This document shows, one piece after another, positions 24,893 to 32,000 of a DNA stretch of 32,000 bases. The stretch is from positions 3,630,001 through 3,662,000 of the forward strand of contig JALDRA010000001.1 of NCBI GenBank assembly GCA_031316235.1. The letters run 5' to 3'. The notes below the pieces were generated by a model. It was given only the letters and a program-made list of their open reading frames with translations, was not told the origin of the DNA and searched no databases. This stretch comes from Candidatus Scalindua sp. (GTDB lineage Bacteria; Planctomycetota; Brocadiia; Brocadiales; Scalinduaceae). The position numbers and the translations under genes were made by a program. Position 1 is the first letter of the stretch, and every line of letters begins with the position of its first letter.

Positions 24893-26062
24893 ATGGAGAT
24901 TGTATCAAAGAAACTCTTTGATCATATGGTTCGCCTGCGTCGACAGATACATAAGTATCCAGAACTTGGTTATCAGGAAAAAAAAACAGCGGCCATAATT
25001 ATTGAAGAACTGAATAAACTCGGCATTGAACTAACTTCTGGCATTGGAGGGACTGGAGTTGTTGGAAAAATTAGTTCGCCCGGCAATAGCGGACCAATTG
25101 TAGCCTTAAGGGCTGACATGGATGCTCTTGCTATTCATGAGGAAACTGGACTTGAATTTGCATCCGAAGTAGACGGCGTAATGCACGCCTGCGGGCACGA
25201 TGGACACGTATCGATGCTTTTGGGTGCTGCAATATTGCTAAAAGAGTCTCTTAAATCCGGGAGCGTGCTCCTTATCTTTCAGCCTGCAGAAGAGGGAGGA
25301 GCAGGAGCAAAAAAGATTATGGATTCTCAGTTACTTGATAAGGCAGACGCAATATTTGCCTGTCATCTGGACAGACATTACAAGGTGGGGCAGGTGGTCG
25401 TTCAGGACGGCCCCATATCAGCACTTACCGATAGGTTTGACATCTCTGTCAAGGGGAGAGGGGGGCATGCGGCTCAACCACACGATACTGTTGATGCCAT
25501 TATTGTGGCCAGTTTAATTGTTATGTCTCTGCAGACAATCGTATCGAGGGAGATAAATCCTGTCTACCCTTCAATAGTATCTGTCGGCAAAATTGAGGGG
25601 GGGTCCGTTCCCAACGCAGTCGCCGCCAGTGCAAAGCTCTCCGGAACGATACGTACAACTGAGATTCACGTGAGGGAACGGATAATAGCGGGTATTCAAC
25701 GTATTGCAAAGGCCGCGGGCGTATTACACAATGCAGAGGTTAAAGTGGAAATTACTGAAGGTTACCCGTCCGTTATCAATACTGTTGAGGAGTCAAAGAT
25801 TGCTGGAGAAGCGGTTGTGAAGATTATTGGAGATCAGGCGCTCATAAATACAAACTATGTAAACATGGGAGGCGAAGATTTTTCCTATTATCTTGAGAAA
25901 ATTCCCGGTTGCTTCGTACGGATTGGTGCCCAGAAGAGAGGGTTGGAAAATGTTCCCGCCCACAGCTCTGAATTTGACTTTGATGAAGATGCTCTGGGAG
26001 TTGGTGCACAGTTCCTGGCAGAAGTAGCACAACTGGCTATTGAACGTCTGGTAACAAAATAA
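24893..26062 (+). CDS. M20D-family amidohydrolase (N-acyl-amino acid / hippurate hydrolase-like)
   Basis: AGGAG RBS. Motifs: RRQIHKYPELGYQE, LRADMDAL, MHACGHDGH, FQPAEEGGAGA, GGEDFSYY. Confidence 0.88.
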   Translation: MEIVSKKLFDHMVRLRRQIHKYPELGYQEKKTAAIIIEELNKLGIELTSGIGGTGVVGKISSPGNSGPIVALRADMDALAIHEETGLEFASEVDGVMHACGHDGHVSMLLGAAILLKESLKSGSVLLIFQPAEEGGAGAKKIMDSQLLDKADAIFACHLDRHYKVGQVVVQDGPISALTDRFDISVKGRGGHAAQPHDTVDAIIVASLIVMSLQTIVSREINPVYPSIVSVGKIEGGSVPNAVAASAKLSGTIRTTEIHVRERIIAGIQRIAKAAGVLHNAEVKVEITEGYPSVINTVEESKIAGEAVVKIIGDQALINTNYVNMGGEDFSYYLEKIPGCFVRIGAQKRGLENVPAHSSEFDFDEDALGVGAQFLAEVAQLAIERLVTK

Positions 26063-26175
26063 GAGAGAGTGTGCAGGATTGCCTGCATCCAGCATGACTA
26101 CCCGTACCGAAGGATCCAAGCCGGGCATTGAGTCTAAAATGACTACTGTGAAAGCCTGGCCGGGCCGGATTTGGG

Positions 26176-26673
26176 TCAGAAGAGTCTATGGTTCTTTCTT
26201 TTTGCTATTGGAGGTCCGAGTATCTCAGCAAACACGATTGCACCCTGAAGATCATCCTTCGAATTTGTTTCCCACGGACGTTTTTTCTGAAGAGGATCTT
26301 TCTTTTTGAGATGAAGAGGCTTCTTTTCACCTATTGCGTGTTCAGACAAAGGGTAGGTAGACTCACCAATCTTTTTTCTCGCTTCTGGTTTTGGGCCAAC
26401 TCTCTCTGGTTTAGCGCTTGTTTTTTTCTCTAAAGCCTTAATCTGTTGTTTTCTCTCATGCACGAGCGGTTTTCTCTCCAGCTCTTCTCTGATAAAAATC
26501 TCTTCCAGGAAGTTGCTGAGCCTGTCACGCCCTCCCCTTGTCCTGAGTTTTTCCCCACGGGGTTTATCTTCAGCCTGACCACTCTTCATCCTTGCCCGGT
26601 TTTTCAGGACAGTGACGACAAGAAATATTACAAATAATATGACCCATATTAATTGGCTAAATCCAGTATCCAT
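26176..26673 (-). CDS. membrane-anchored, highly charged (Lys/Arg/Glu-rich) hypothetical protein
   Basis: GGAGG-type RBS. One N-terminal TM helix (LIWVILFVIFLVVTVL). The remainder is low-complexity and charged, and the tail is AIVFAEILGPPIAKR. It sits last in the nfeD-floA gene string. Confidence 0.55.
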   Translation of the reverse strand: MDTGFSQLIWVILFVIFLVVTVLKNRARMKSGQAEDKPRGEKLRTRGGRDRLSNFLEEIFIREELERKPLVHERKQQIKALEKKTSAKPERVGPKPEARKKIGESTYPLSEHAIGEKKPLHLKKKDPLQKKRPWETNSKDDLQGAIVFAEILGPPIAKRKNHRLF

Positions 26674-26731
26674 ACATTAACTCCTTCCGTGACCAAAGCT
26701 TTCATTGATAATCAGGAAACAATAGTTTCCA

Positions 26732-27760
26732 TTATGTTTTTGTACTATCATCACCTGTCTTGGAAATTGTCGTCCTCATTTCGGTATCAGCCTGAATATT
26801 CTTAAGGTGATAATAATCCATTATTCCCAGATTTCCCTCCCTGAATGCTTGAGATATCGCCTTGGGTATCTCTGCTTCTGCAAGGACAACCTTTGCCCTG
26901 TTTTCAACTACCTGGGCCCTCATTTCCTGCTCTCTTGCGACAGCCATTGCCCTTCGTTTTTCAGCCTCCGCCTGTGCAACAATTTTGTCAGCTTCTGCCT
27001 GGTCTGATTGAAGTTTTGCCCCGATATTATCGCCTACATCAATGTCAGCAATATCAATAGACAGAATCTCAAATGCAGTTCCTGAATCCAGCCCTTTCTC
27101 TAAAACTCTTTTAGATATAGAATCGGGATTTTCTAATACTTTTTTGTGTGTTTCTGCCGATCCAATCGTGGTAACAATACCTTCGCCTACCCGTGCAATG
27201 ATTGTCTCCTCAGTGGCACCTCCCACTAATCGTTCTATATTTGCTCTTACCGTTACCCTTGCCTTTGCCTTAAGCTGAATACCATCCATAGCTACTGCAT
27301 CAATAGTCTGTCTGCCTTTCTTCGGATCAGGGCAATCGATTACCTTCGGATTCACGCTTGTTTTGACTGCATCGAGGACATCTCTCCCCGCCAGATCAAT
27401 AGCACATGCCCTGTCGAAACCAAGATCAATCTTCGCTTTGTCGGCAGCTATTAAGGCTCTTACAACATTTTGCACATTTCCTCTTGCCAGATAATGTGCT
27501 TCAAGAAGGGGGGTTGAGCAATCCAGGCCTGCCTTTTTTGCCATGATGCGAGATTCTACAATAATCCGGGCATTAACCCGTCTGAATGTCATTCCAATTA
27601 ATTGGGTAAGTTCAACGTTAGCCCCGGATGCTAACGCTTGTATATATAACCAGCCATATTTAAATATGAGGAGAAGAATAATAACGAGAAAGATTAAGCT
27701 AATAACAATTCCAACAGTTAATATTTCCTTTGAAATGGCCAGTAAGGGCAGATTGAACAT
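26732..27760 (-). CDS. floA: flotillin-like protein FloA (SPFH domain, YqfA family)
   Basis: AAGGAG RBS. Long stretches match B. subtilis YqfA as I recall it: [69 protein letters not shown]. Confidence 0.9.
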   Translation of the reverse strand: MFNLPLLAISKEILTVGIVISLIFLVIILLLIFKYGWLYIQALASGANVELTQLIGMTFRRVNARIIVESRIMAKKAGLDCSTPLLEAHYLARGNVQNVVRALIAADKAKIDLGFDRACAIDLAGRDVLDAVKTSVNPKVIDCPDPKKGRQTIDAVAMDGIQLKAKARVTVRANIERLVGGATEETIIARVGEGIVTTIGSAETHKKVLENPDSISKRVLEKGLDSGTAFEILSIDIADIDVGDNIGAKLQSDQAEADKIVAQAEAEKRRAMAVAREQEMRAQVVENRAKVVLAEAEIPKAISQAFREGNLGIMDYYHLKNIQADTEMRTTISKTGDDSTKT

Positions 27761-27779
27761 GGGTTTCTCCTTAATTTTG

Positions 27780-28241
27780 TTATAATTTTACCGGTTTAAC
27801 AACTATTCTGTTTCCTTTAACGTCTATTACCTTTATCCTGGTATTCTTTGCAATCATCTCTCCCCCTGAAATAACGTCTACTCTGAAACCGTTAATGCGT
27901 GCGGTACCTGATGGTCGTAATGTCGTAAGTGCAACACCTTCTTCAGATAATAGCTCTTGTGTTTTATCATCCGCGGAAAAAAAACCTTTTTCTGAAGCCT
28001 TTATCGTAAAAGTTTTTGAAAGTATCTTATACCATGAGACAAAAAAAATTGGTATAAAACAGATACCGAGGGTGAGTAAGATGTGGCCTAACAAATTTGA
28101 TATGTGCACATAAGCAAGAATGATGCTCGTTATAACAAATCCGGCTCCGCAAAGGCCCACTATTGCACCTGGGATGAAAAGCTCAATAGTAATAGCCACA
28201 AGACCGATGATATATAACGTGAGAATGCTTGCAATACTCAT
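27780..28241 (-). CDS. NfeD-family membrane protein (short form, C-terminal OB-fold)
   Basis: The N-terminal half has several TM helices. The C-terminus [47 protein letters not shown] is the NfeD OB domain. Confidence 0.8.
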   Translation of the reverse strand: MSIASILTLYIIGLVAITIELFIPGAIVGLCGAGFVITSIILAYVHISNLLGHILLTLGICFIPIFFVSWYKILSKTFTIKASEKGFFSADDKTQELLSEEGVALTTLRPSGTARINGFRVDVISGGEMIAKNTRIKVIDVKGNRIVVKPVKL

Positions 28242-28271
28242 TCTTGATTCCTCATACCTGCTAAAACATGC

Positions 28272-29777
28272 TTATATCGATTTTACTACTATCCTGTTTC
28301 CCTTAACCGCTACAATCTCCACGGTGTATCCCTTCTCAACAAACTCTCCGCATGTTACAACATCGAATGTCTGATCCTCTAATTCTATTTTGCCTGTAGG
28401 ATGCAAAGTTGTTAAGGTGATACCTCTTTTTCCTGTTAAACCGCATTCAGATTTTGGTTGAGGGGCTATGGCAAAACCGTCTTTTGTTGCCGCTTCTGCA
28501 GTTAAAATCAAATGACTGAAAATGGGTATGCCAGGCATGTATTTTACAAGCATGAAAATAGCAATCCCACTTCCCAGAAGGCTACACAAGACGGTGAAAA
28601 TATTTTTTGTAAATAGTTCTGTGTCGTATGGTGTCTTTGGGAGGGTAAAATCTTGAAATGATAAGGTAACTCCTATTAATATGAGAATAATCCCTGCAAT
28701 TCCCGCTATACCGAATCCTGGTATTATCAGTATTTCTGCAGCAAGGAAAGCAATACCGACAAAAAAGACAATAATTTCCGGTGCCTCTGCCAGACCTACA
28801 AGATACTTACTGAGAAAGACGGTGGCCAGGCAGAGAACTCCAATTATTCCGGGGAGTCCAAAACCAGGGGCTTTAAATTCTATCCAAAGGGCGACGAATC
28901 CGATTCCTAATAAAATGGGAGCTATCCTCTCGAGAAATCGAACCATCTCTTCAGACCAGTTAGTTTTCAGTACGGTTATTGTGCCCTCGTCTATACGCAG
29001 CAAACTGAGCAGGTTTTCTCTGTCTTCTACTATCTGCTTTGCGAATCCATATTCATATGCCTCATTTGCATGCATGGTCAGGAGTTTTCCTTCTTCAATT
29101 ATCAGCTTCTTGGACGTGATTTTCTTCAGTTCTTCTTCGGTTAGTTCTTTCAGTGTTCTGCCTGAAATATAATATCCTTCCGGTCTATCTTCAGTTTTTA
29201 CAAAGTAGATCTCGATCTCCTTGGTTACCATAGCTTCTGCAAGCAAGACAGGATAACCGTTTTTTTCAGCAAACTTTCTGAATTTTGTCCTTAAGACCGT
29301 CTGAATTTTTTCTCCCACGGTTTTATACCCTCCCTCAGAAGAAGGTATGATAGGCTCACAATCACCTAACTCTGATTGGGGGGCCATGTAGATTTCATTA
29401 CATGAAATTGCTATGAGTGCCCCAGCAGAAATTGCTTTTGTGGGGATAAAGGCTACTGTCCTGGCAAAATCAATATTGCTGATGTATTCGGATATCTCAA
29501 AAGCCGGTTTTAAACTCCCTCCGAATGAATCAATCTCCAATATGATGAGGTCTGTGCTACTTTCTTTTGCGAGAGCTACTCTTCTTTCAAGTGAGCTTCG
29601 AAGTCCCCCGTCGATCATCTCGCTTAACGGGATAATAAAAACCCTCTGGTAAGAAATATCCTCTTTTATCTGTGGTGAGTCCTTGTTTTCTTCAGAACCG
29701 TCAGTCGTTGATTGTGTGAAAGTGGCAGGGATTATGAGGTATACGAACAGGGCTATGGTGCTTATAAGTTTTTTCAT
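28272..29777 (-). CDS. NfeD-family membrane-bound ClpP-class serine protease (long form)
   Basis: A signal peptide is followed by a ClpP-like domain (ILEIDSFGGSL...ISAGALIA), a TM bundle and a C-terminal NfeD OB domain ([47 protein letters not shown]). Confidence 0.82.
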   Translation of the reverse strand: MKKLISTIALFVYLIIPATFTQSTTDGSEENKDSPQIKEDISYQRVFIIPLSEMIDGGLRSSLERRVALAKESSTDLIILEIDSFGGSLKPAFEISEYISNIDFARTVAFIPTKAISAGALIAISCNEIYMAPQSELGDCEPIIPSSEGGYKTVGEKIQTVLRTKFRKFAEKNGYPVLLAEAMVTKEIEIYFVKTEDRPEGYYISGRTLKELTEEELKKITSKKLIIEEGKLLTMHANEAYEYGFAKQIVEDRENLLSLLRIDEGTITVLKTNWSEEMVRFLERIAPILLGIGFVALWIEFKAPGFGLPGIIGVLCLATVFLSKYLVGLAEAPEIIVFFVGIAFLAAEILIIPGFGIAGIAGIILILIGVTLSFQDFTLPKTPYDTELFTKNIFTVLCSLLGSGIAIFMLVKYMPGIPIFSHLILTAEAATKDGFAIAPQPKSECGLTGKRGITLTTLHPTGKIELEDQTFDVVTCGEFVEKGYTVEIVAVKGNRIVVKSI

Positions 29778-29820
29778 AATAATGCCTTAGGTTTTACGGT
29801 AAACACTTTGTCTATTTTGA

Positions 29821-29849
29821 AATCTATCAGAAATTAAAATTATTGTCAA
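29821..29849 (-). promoter_or_regulatory. candidate sigma-70 promoter for the nfeD-floA operon
   Basis: On the minus strand: TTGACA (29849-29844), a 17-nt spacer, then TAGATT (29826-29821). It lies about 45 nt upstream of ATG 29777. Confidence 0.4.
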
Positions 29850-29877
29850 CTTTAAAAGCCCGGGCTGAAAGTATTGA

Positions 29878-29906
29878 TTGACATTAATCTTAGAAAGTTA
29901 TATATA
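29878..29906 (+). promoter_or_regulatory. candidate sigma-70 promoter for the histidine kinase operon
   Basis: TTGACA (29878-29883), a 17-nt spacer, then TATATA (29901-29906). It lies 45 nt upstream of ATG 29951. Confidence 0.4.
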
Positions 29907-29950
29907 TACTGTTTAATTTCTCTAAACAACCTTTCTCCATGTAAATTGCC

Positions 29951-31111
29951 ATGCCACATCAACTGAATTCAGAACCAAGAGATACGAGTAATAATGAGGA
30001 TTTTGATAAACAGGTAAATGCCCGTGATCTCCTGCACTCTTTGGTGGAGAACGCTGGTGATGGGATTATCGGTATAGCAAAAGATGGAACTATCTTGTCC
30101 TGGAACCTATATGCTGAAAAAATTTTTGGATACAGTAAGTCAGAAGCTATAGGGAGAAATATCGATATTATCGTACCTCAGGATAAGAAGGATGAAAAAC
30201 AGCGATTACTTGATAAGGTGATAGTTGAAAATGAAGTTGTAAAACGGTTTGAAACGGAGAGGATCAACAAGGATGGAGAGAAAGTTGTTATCAACGCAAC
30301 AGTGTCTCCCATTAAAAACAAAACAGGTCAGATAGTGGGTACTTCAGAGATATACAGGACATTGAGTGAAGAAGAGTTTATGAGAAAGAGAATTACTCAA
30401 TTTGAGAAACTCATTTCTATGGGGAAATTAGCTGCTGAGATTGCCCACCAGGTCAACAGCCCATTGGGTGCAGTCATGGGAAGGATTCAGCTGTTATTAA
30501 AGAATATTGACAAATTTGACAAAAAGATATTCGTAAAAAATCTGGAACAGATGTTAGGCAGCTGTGACCATATTCGAACTACCATAGGAAGTCTTTTAGA
30601 TTATACAAGAAGAATAGTGACCAAAGAACCGGTATCCATAAATGATATATTAGATGATTCCCTAAAGATGATGTCCCATAGATTAATGATTAAGAGGATT
30701 ACCCTGCATAAGACTTTTTTAGAAAAACTGCCATCTATCTTGGGAATAAGCGGGGAGTTAATCCATGTTTTTGTAAATATCATATCTAATGCGATTGATG
30801 CAATGGAAAATGGCGGAGAATTAAAGATTGTGACTGATTTGATAAAGGCTTCTCCTCCAATAGATCAGGACATGGTCCGGGTTTCAATAAGTGATAATGG
30901 GCATGGTATTTGCGAAAAAAATGTTCAAAAAGTCTTTACTCCGTTTTTTACGACAAAGGATGTTGGTAAGGGTACAGGCCTGGGACTCTCTGTAGTAAAA
31001 AGGATTGTGAAAATGCATAAAGGTGATGTGACGGTACTGAGCAAGGAGACACAAGGGGCCCAATTTATATTTACCTTTCCCGTTTTGAATGATAGTGAAA
31101 AAACAGACTAA
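29951..31111 (+). CDS. PAS-domain sensor histidine kinase (cytoplasmic)
   Basis: PAS region: LVENAGDGIIGIAKDGTILSWN...GYSKSEAIGRNI. H-box: AEIAHQVNSPLG. N, G1 and G2 boxes: NIISNAIDAM, DNGHGI, GTGLGLS. No TM segments. Confidence 0.88.
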   Translation: MPHQLNSEPRDTSNNEDFDKQVNARDLLHSLVENAGDGIIGIAKDGTILSWNLYAEKIFGYSKSEAIGRNIDIIVPQDKKDEKQRLLDKVIVENEVVKRFETERINKDGEKVVINATVSPIKNKTGQIVGTSEIYRTLSEEEFMRKRITQFEKLISMGKLAAEIAHQVNSPLGAVMGRIQLLLKNIDKFDKKIFVKNLEQMLGSCDHIRTTIGSLLDYTRRIVTKEPVSINDILDDSLKMMSHRLMIKRITLHKTFLEKLPSILGISGELIHVFVNIISNAIDAMENGGELKIVTDLIKASPPIDQDMVRVSISDNGHGICEKNVQKVFTPFFTTKDVGKGTGLGLSVVKRIVKMHKGDVTVLSKETQGAQFIFTFPVLNDSEKTD

Positions 31112-32000
31112 TTTACTCATAGTAGAAGATGATTTGAGTATGAGAGAATTTCTCAACGATCTCCTTGGTAGCGATTATACTGTGGATTGTTCTGCAGATG
31201 GCGGGGATGCGAAGAAGAAACTTCTCGATAAATCATATGATTTGGTAATAACAGATGTTATCATGCCGGAAGTAAGTGGCATTGAAGTACTGAAATATGT
31301 AAAAGAGAAGTGCCCGGAAACGTCAGTAATTGTGGTAACCGGCCACTCTACGATAAAACAGGCTGTTGAACTTGTTAAACTGGGAGCTGACGATTATTTT
31401 AGTAAGCCTTTTAATATTGATGATATGCTGCTCGTAATTGAGAAGACACTCAAACACAGGGAATTTCTCAATGAAAGGAAAAAATTAAAAGAGACAGATG
31501 GAAAACCGAGTATTTTCCCAGAGATCATTGGTAAAGCAAAGGTCTTGAAATCAATATTTGAGATGATGGGAAAGGTTGCAGAGACTGACGCTACCGTTTT
31601 GATTCAAGGCGAAAGTGGAACGGGGAAGGAGCTTGTTGCAAGGGCAATTCATGAGAAAAGTCTAAGGAATGGTCGTTCTTTTATTCCGATAAATTGTGGT
31701 GCTATTCCTGAAACATTGTTGGAAAGTGAGCTGTTTGGGCACGAAAAAGGTGCCTTTACTGGTGCTTTGGTGAGAAAATACGGTCTGTTTGAGGTGGCAA
31801 ATGAGGGTACTATTTTCCTGGACGAAATTGGTGAAATGTCTCTTACGTTGCAAATAAAACTGTTGAGAGTATTAGAAACGGGAACTTTTAGACATATAGG
31901 TGACACGAAGGACATACATGTTAATGTAAGAATCGTTGCGGCTACAAACAAGAATCTGAAAGATGCCGTGGAAAATGGTGAATTCCGGGAAGATCTTTAT
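31089..32000 (+). CDS. sigma-54-dependent response regulator (NtrC family), 3' end cut by the window
   Basis: My own translation from ATG 31089 is open to the window end. The receiver domain has LLIVEDD...DLVITDVIMP...SKPF. The AAA+ domain has GESGTGKE (Walker A), GAFTGA and FLDEIGE (Walker B). It overlaps the kinase gene by 23 nt. It is absent from the ORF track because it has no stop. Confidence 0.9.
   Translation, partial: MIVKKQTNLLIVEDDLSMREFLNDLLGSDYTVDCSADGGDAKKKLLDKSYDLVITDVIMPEVSGIEVLKYVKEKCPETSVIVVTGHSTIKQAVELVKLGADDYFSKPFNIDDMLLVIEKTLKHREFLNERKKLKETDGKPSIFPEIIGKAKVLKSIFEMMGKVAETDATVLIQGESGTGKELVARAIHEKSLRNGRSFIPINCGAIPETLLESELFGHEKGAFTGALVRKYGLFEVANEGTIFLDEIGEMSLTLQIKLLRVLETGTFRHIGDTKDIHVNVRIVAATNKNLKDAVENGEFREDLY

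Noticed and set aside
1-32000. CRISPR arrays, rRNA genes, intact IS elements or prophage genes
   Set aside because: I saw no regularly spaced direct repeats, no rRNA-like sequence, and no transposase, integrase, capsid or terminase-like ORFs in any frame.

Overview
AT-rich (about 40% GC by eye) bacterial chromosomal segment. It has about 29 well-supported protein genes on both strands and one tRNA-Leu(CAA). I found no rRNA, no CRISPR array and no intact transposase or integrase. Taxon cannot be assigned from this sequence alone; the gene content looks like an anaerobe (HydE/HydG-type and B12-type radical SAM enzymes, short-form ThiC). In order: an exported hypothetical protein; a YHS-type metal-binding protein; three universal stress protein genes followed 4 nt later by a SMUG1-family uracil-DNA glycosylase; a STAS-PilZ fusion; envelope and sugar-nucleotide genes (gmhB, Wza-like exporter, short GlmU-like enzyme, glmM, LolA-like protein); a radical-SAM-dense stretch (hydG, a HypC-HydE fusion, divergent thiC, a Zn-ribbon protein, a B12-binding radical SAM enzyme, an O-methyltransferase); a parvulin PPIase; tRNA-Leu; a glycine-zipper lipoprotein; a family B DNA polymerase; an M20 amidohydrolase; an NfeD-NfeD-FloA operon; and a PAS histidine kinase with an overlapping sigma-54-type response regulator that is cut by the window end. 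The most unusual observations are these. (1) A HypC-like ([NiFe]-maturation chaperone) domain is fused to a HydE-type ([FeFe]-maturation) radical SAM enzyme. It sits in an apparent operon with a HydG that carries the CX2CX22C motif, and no HydF or HydA is present in the window. (2) A dispersed double-hairpin repeat family has four copies or fragments in intergenic DNA. (3) Two tandem MITE-like elements are each bounded by CTAG, starting at the stop codon of the B12 radical SAM gene, and a related fragment lies right after the hydG stop codon. (4) A GC-rich structured island lies in the 600-nt gap upstream of polB. All functional calls rest on motif recognition by eye; no database search was run.
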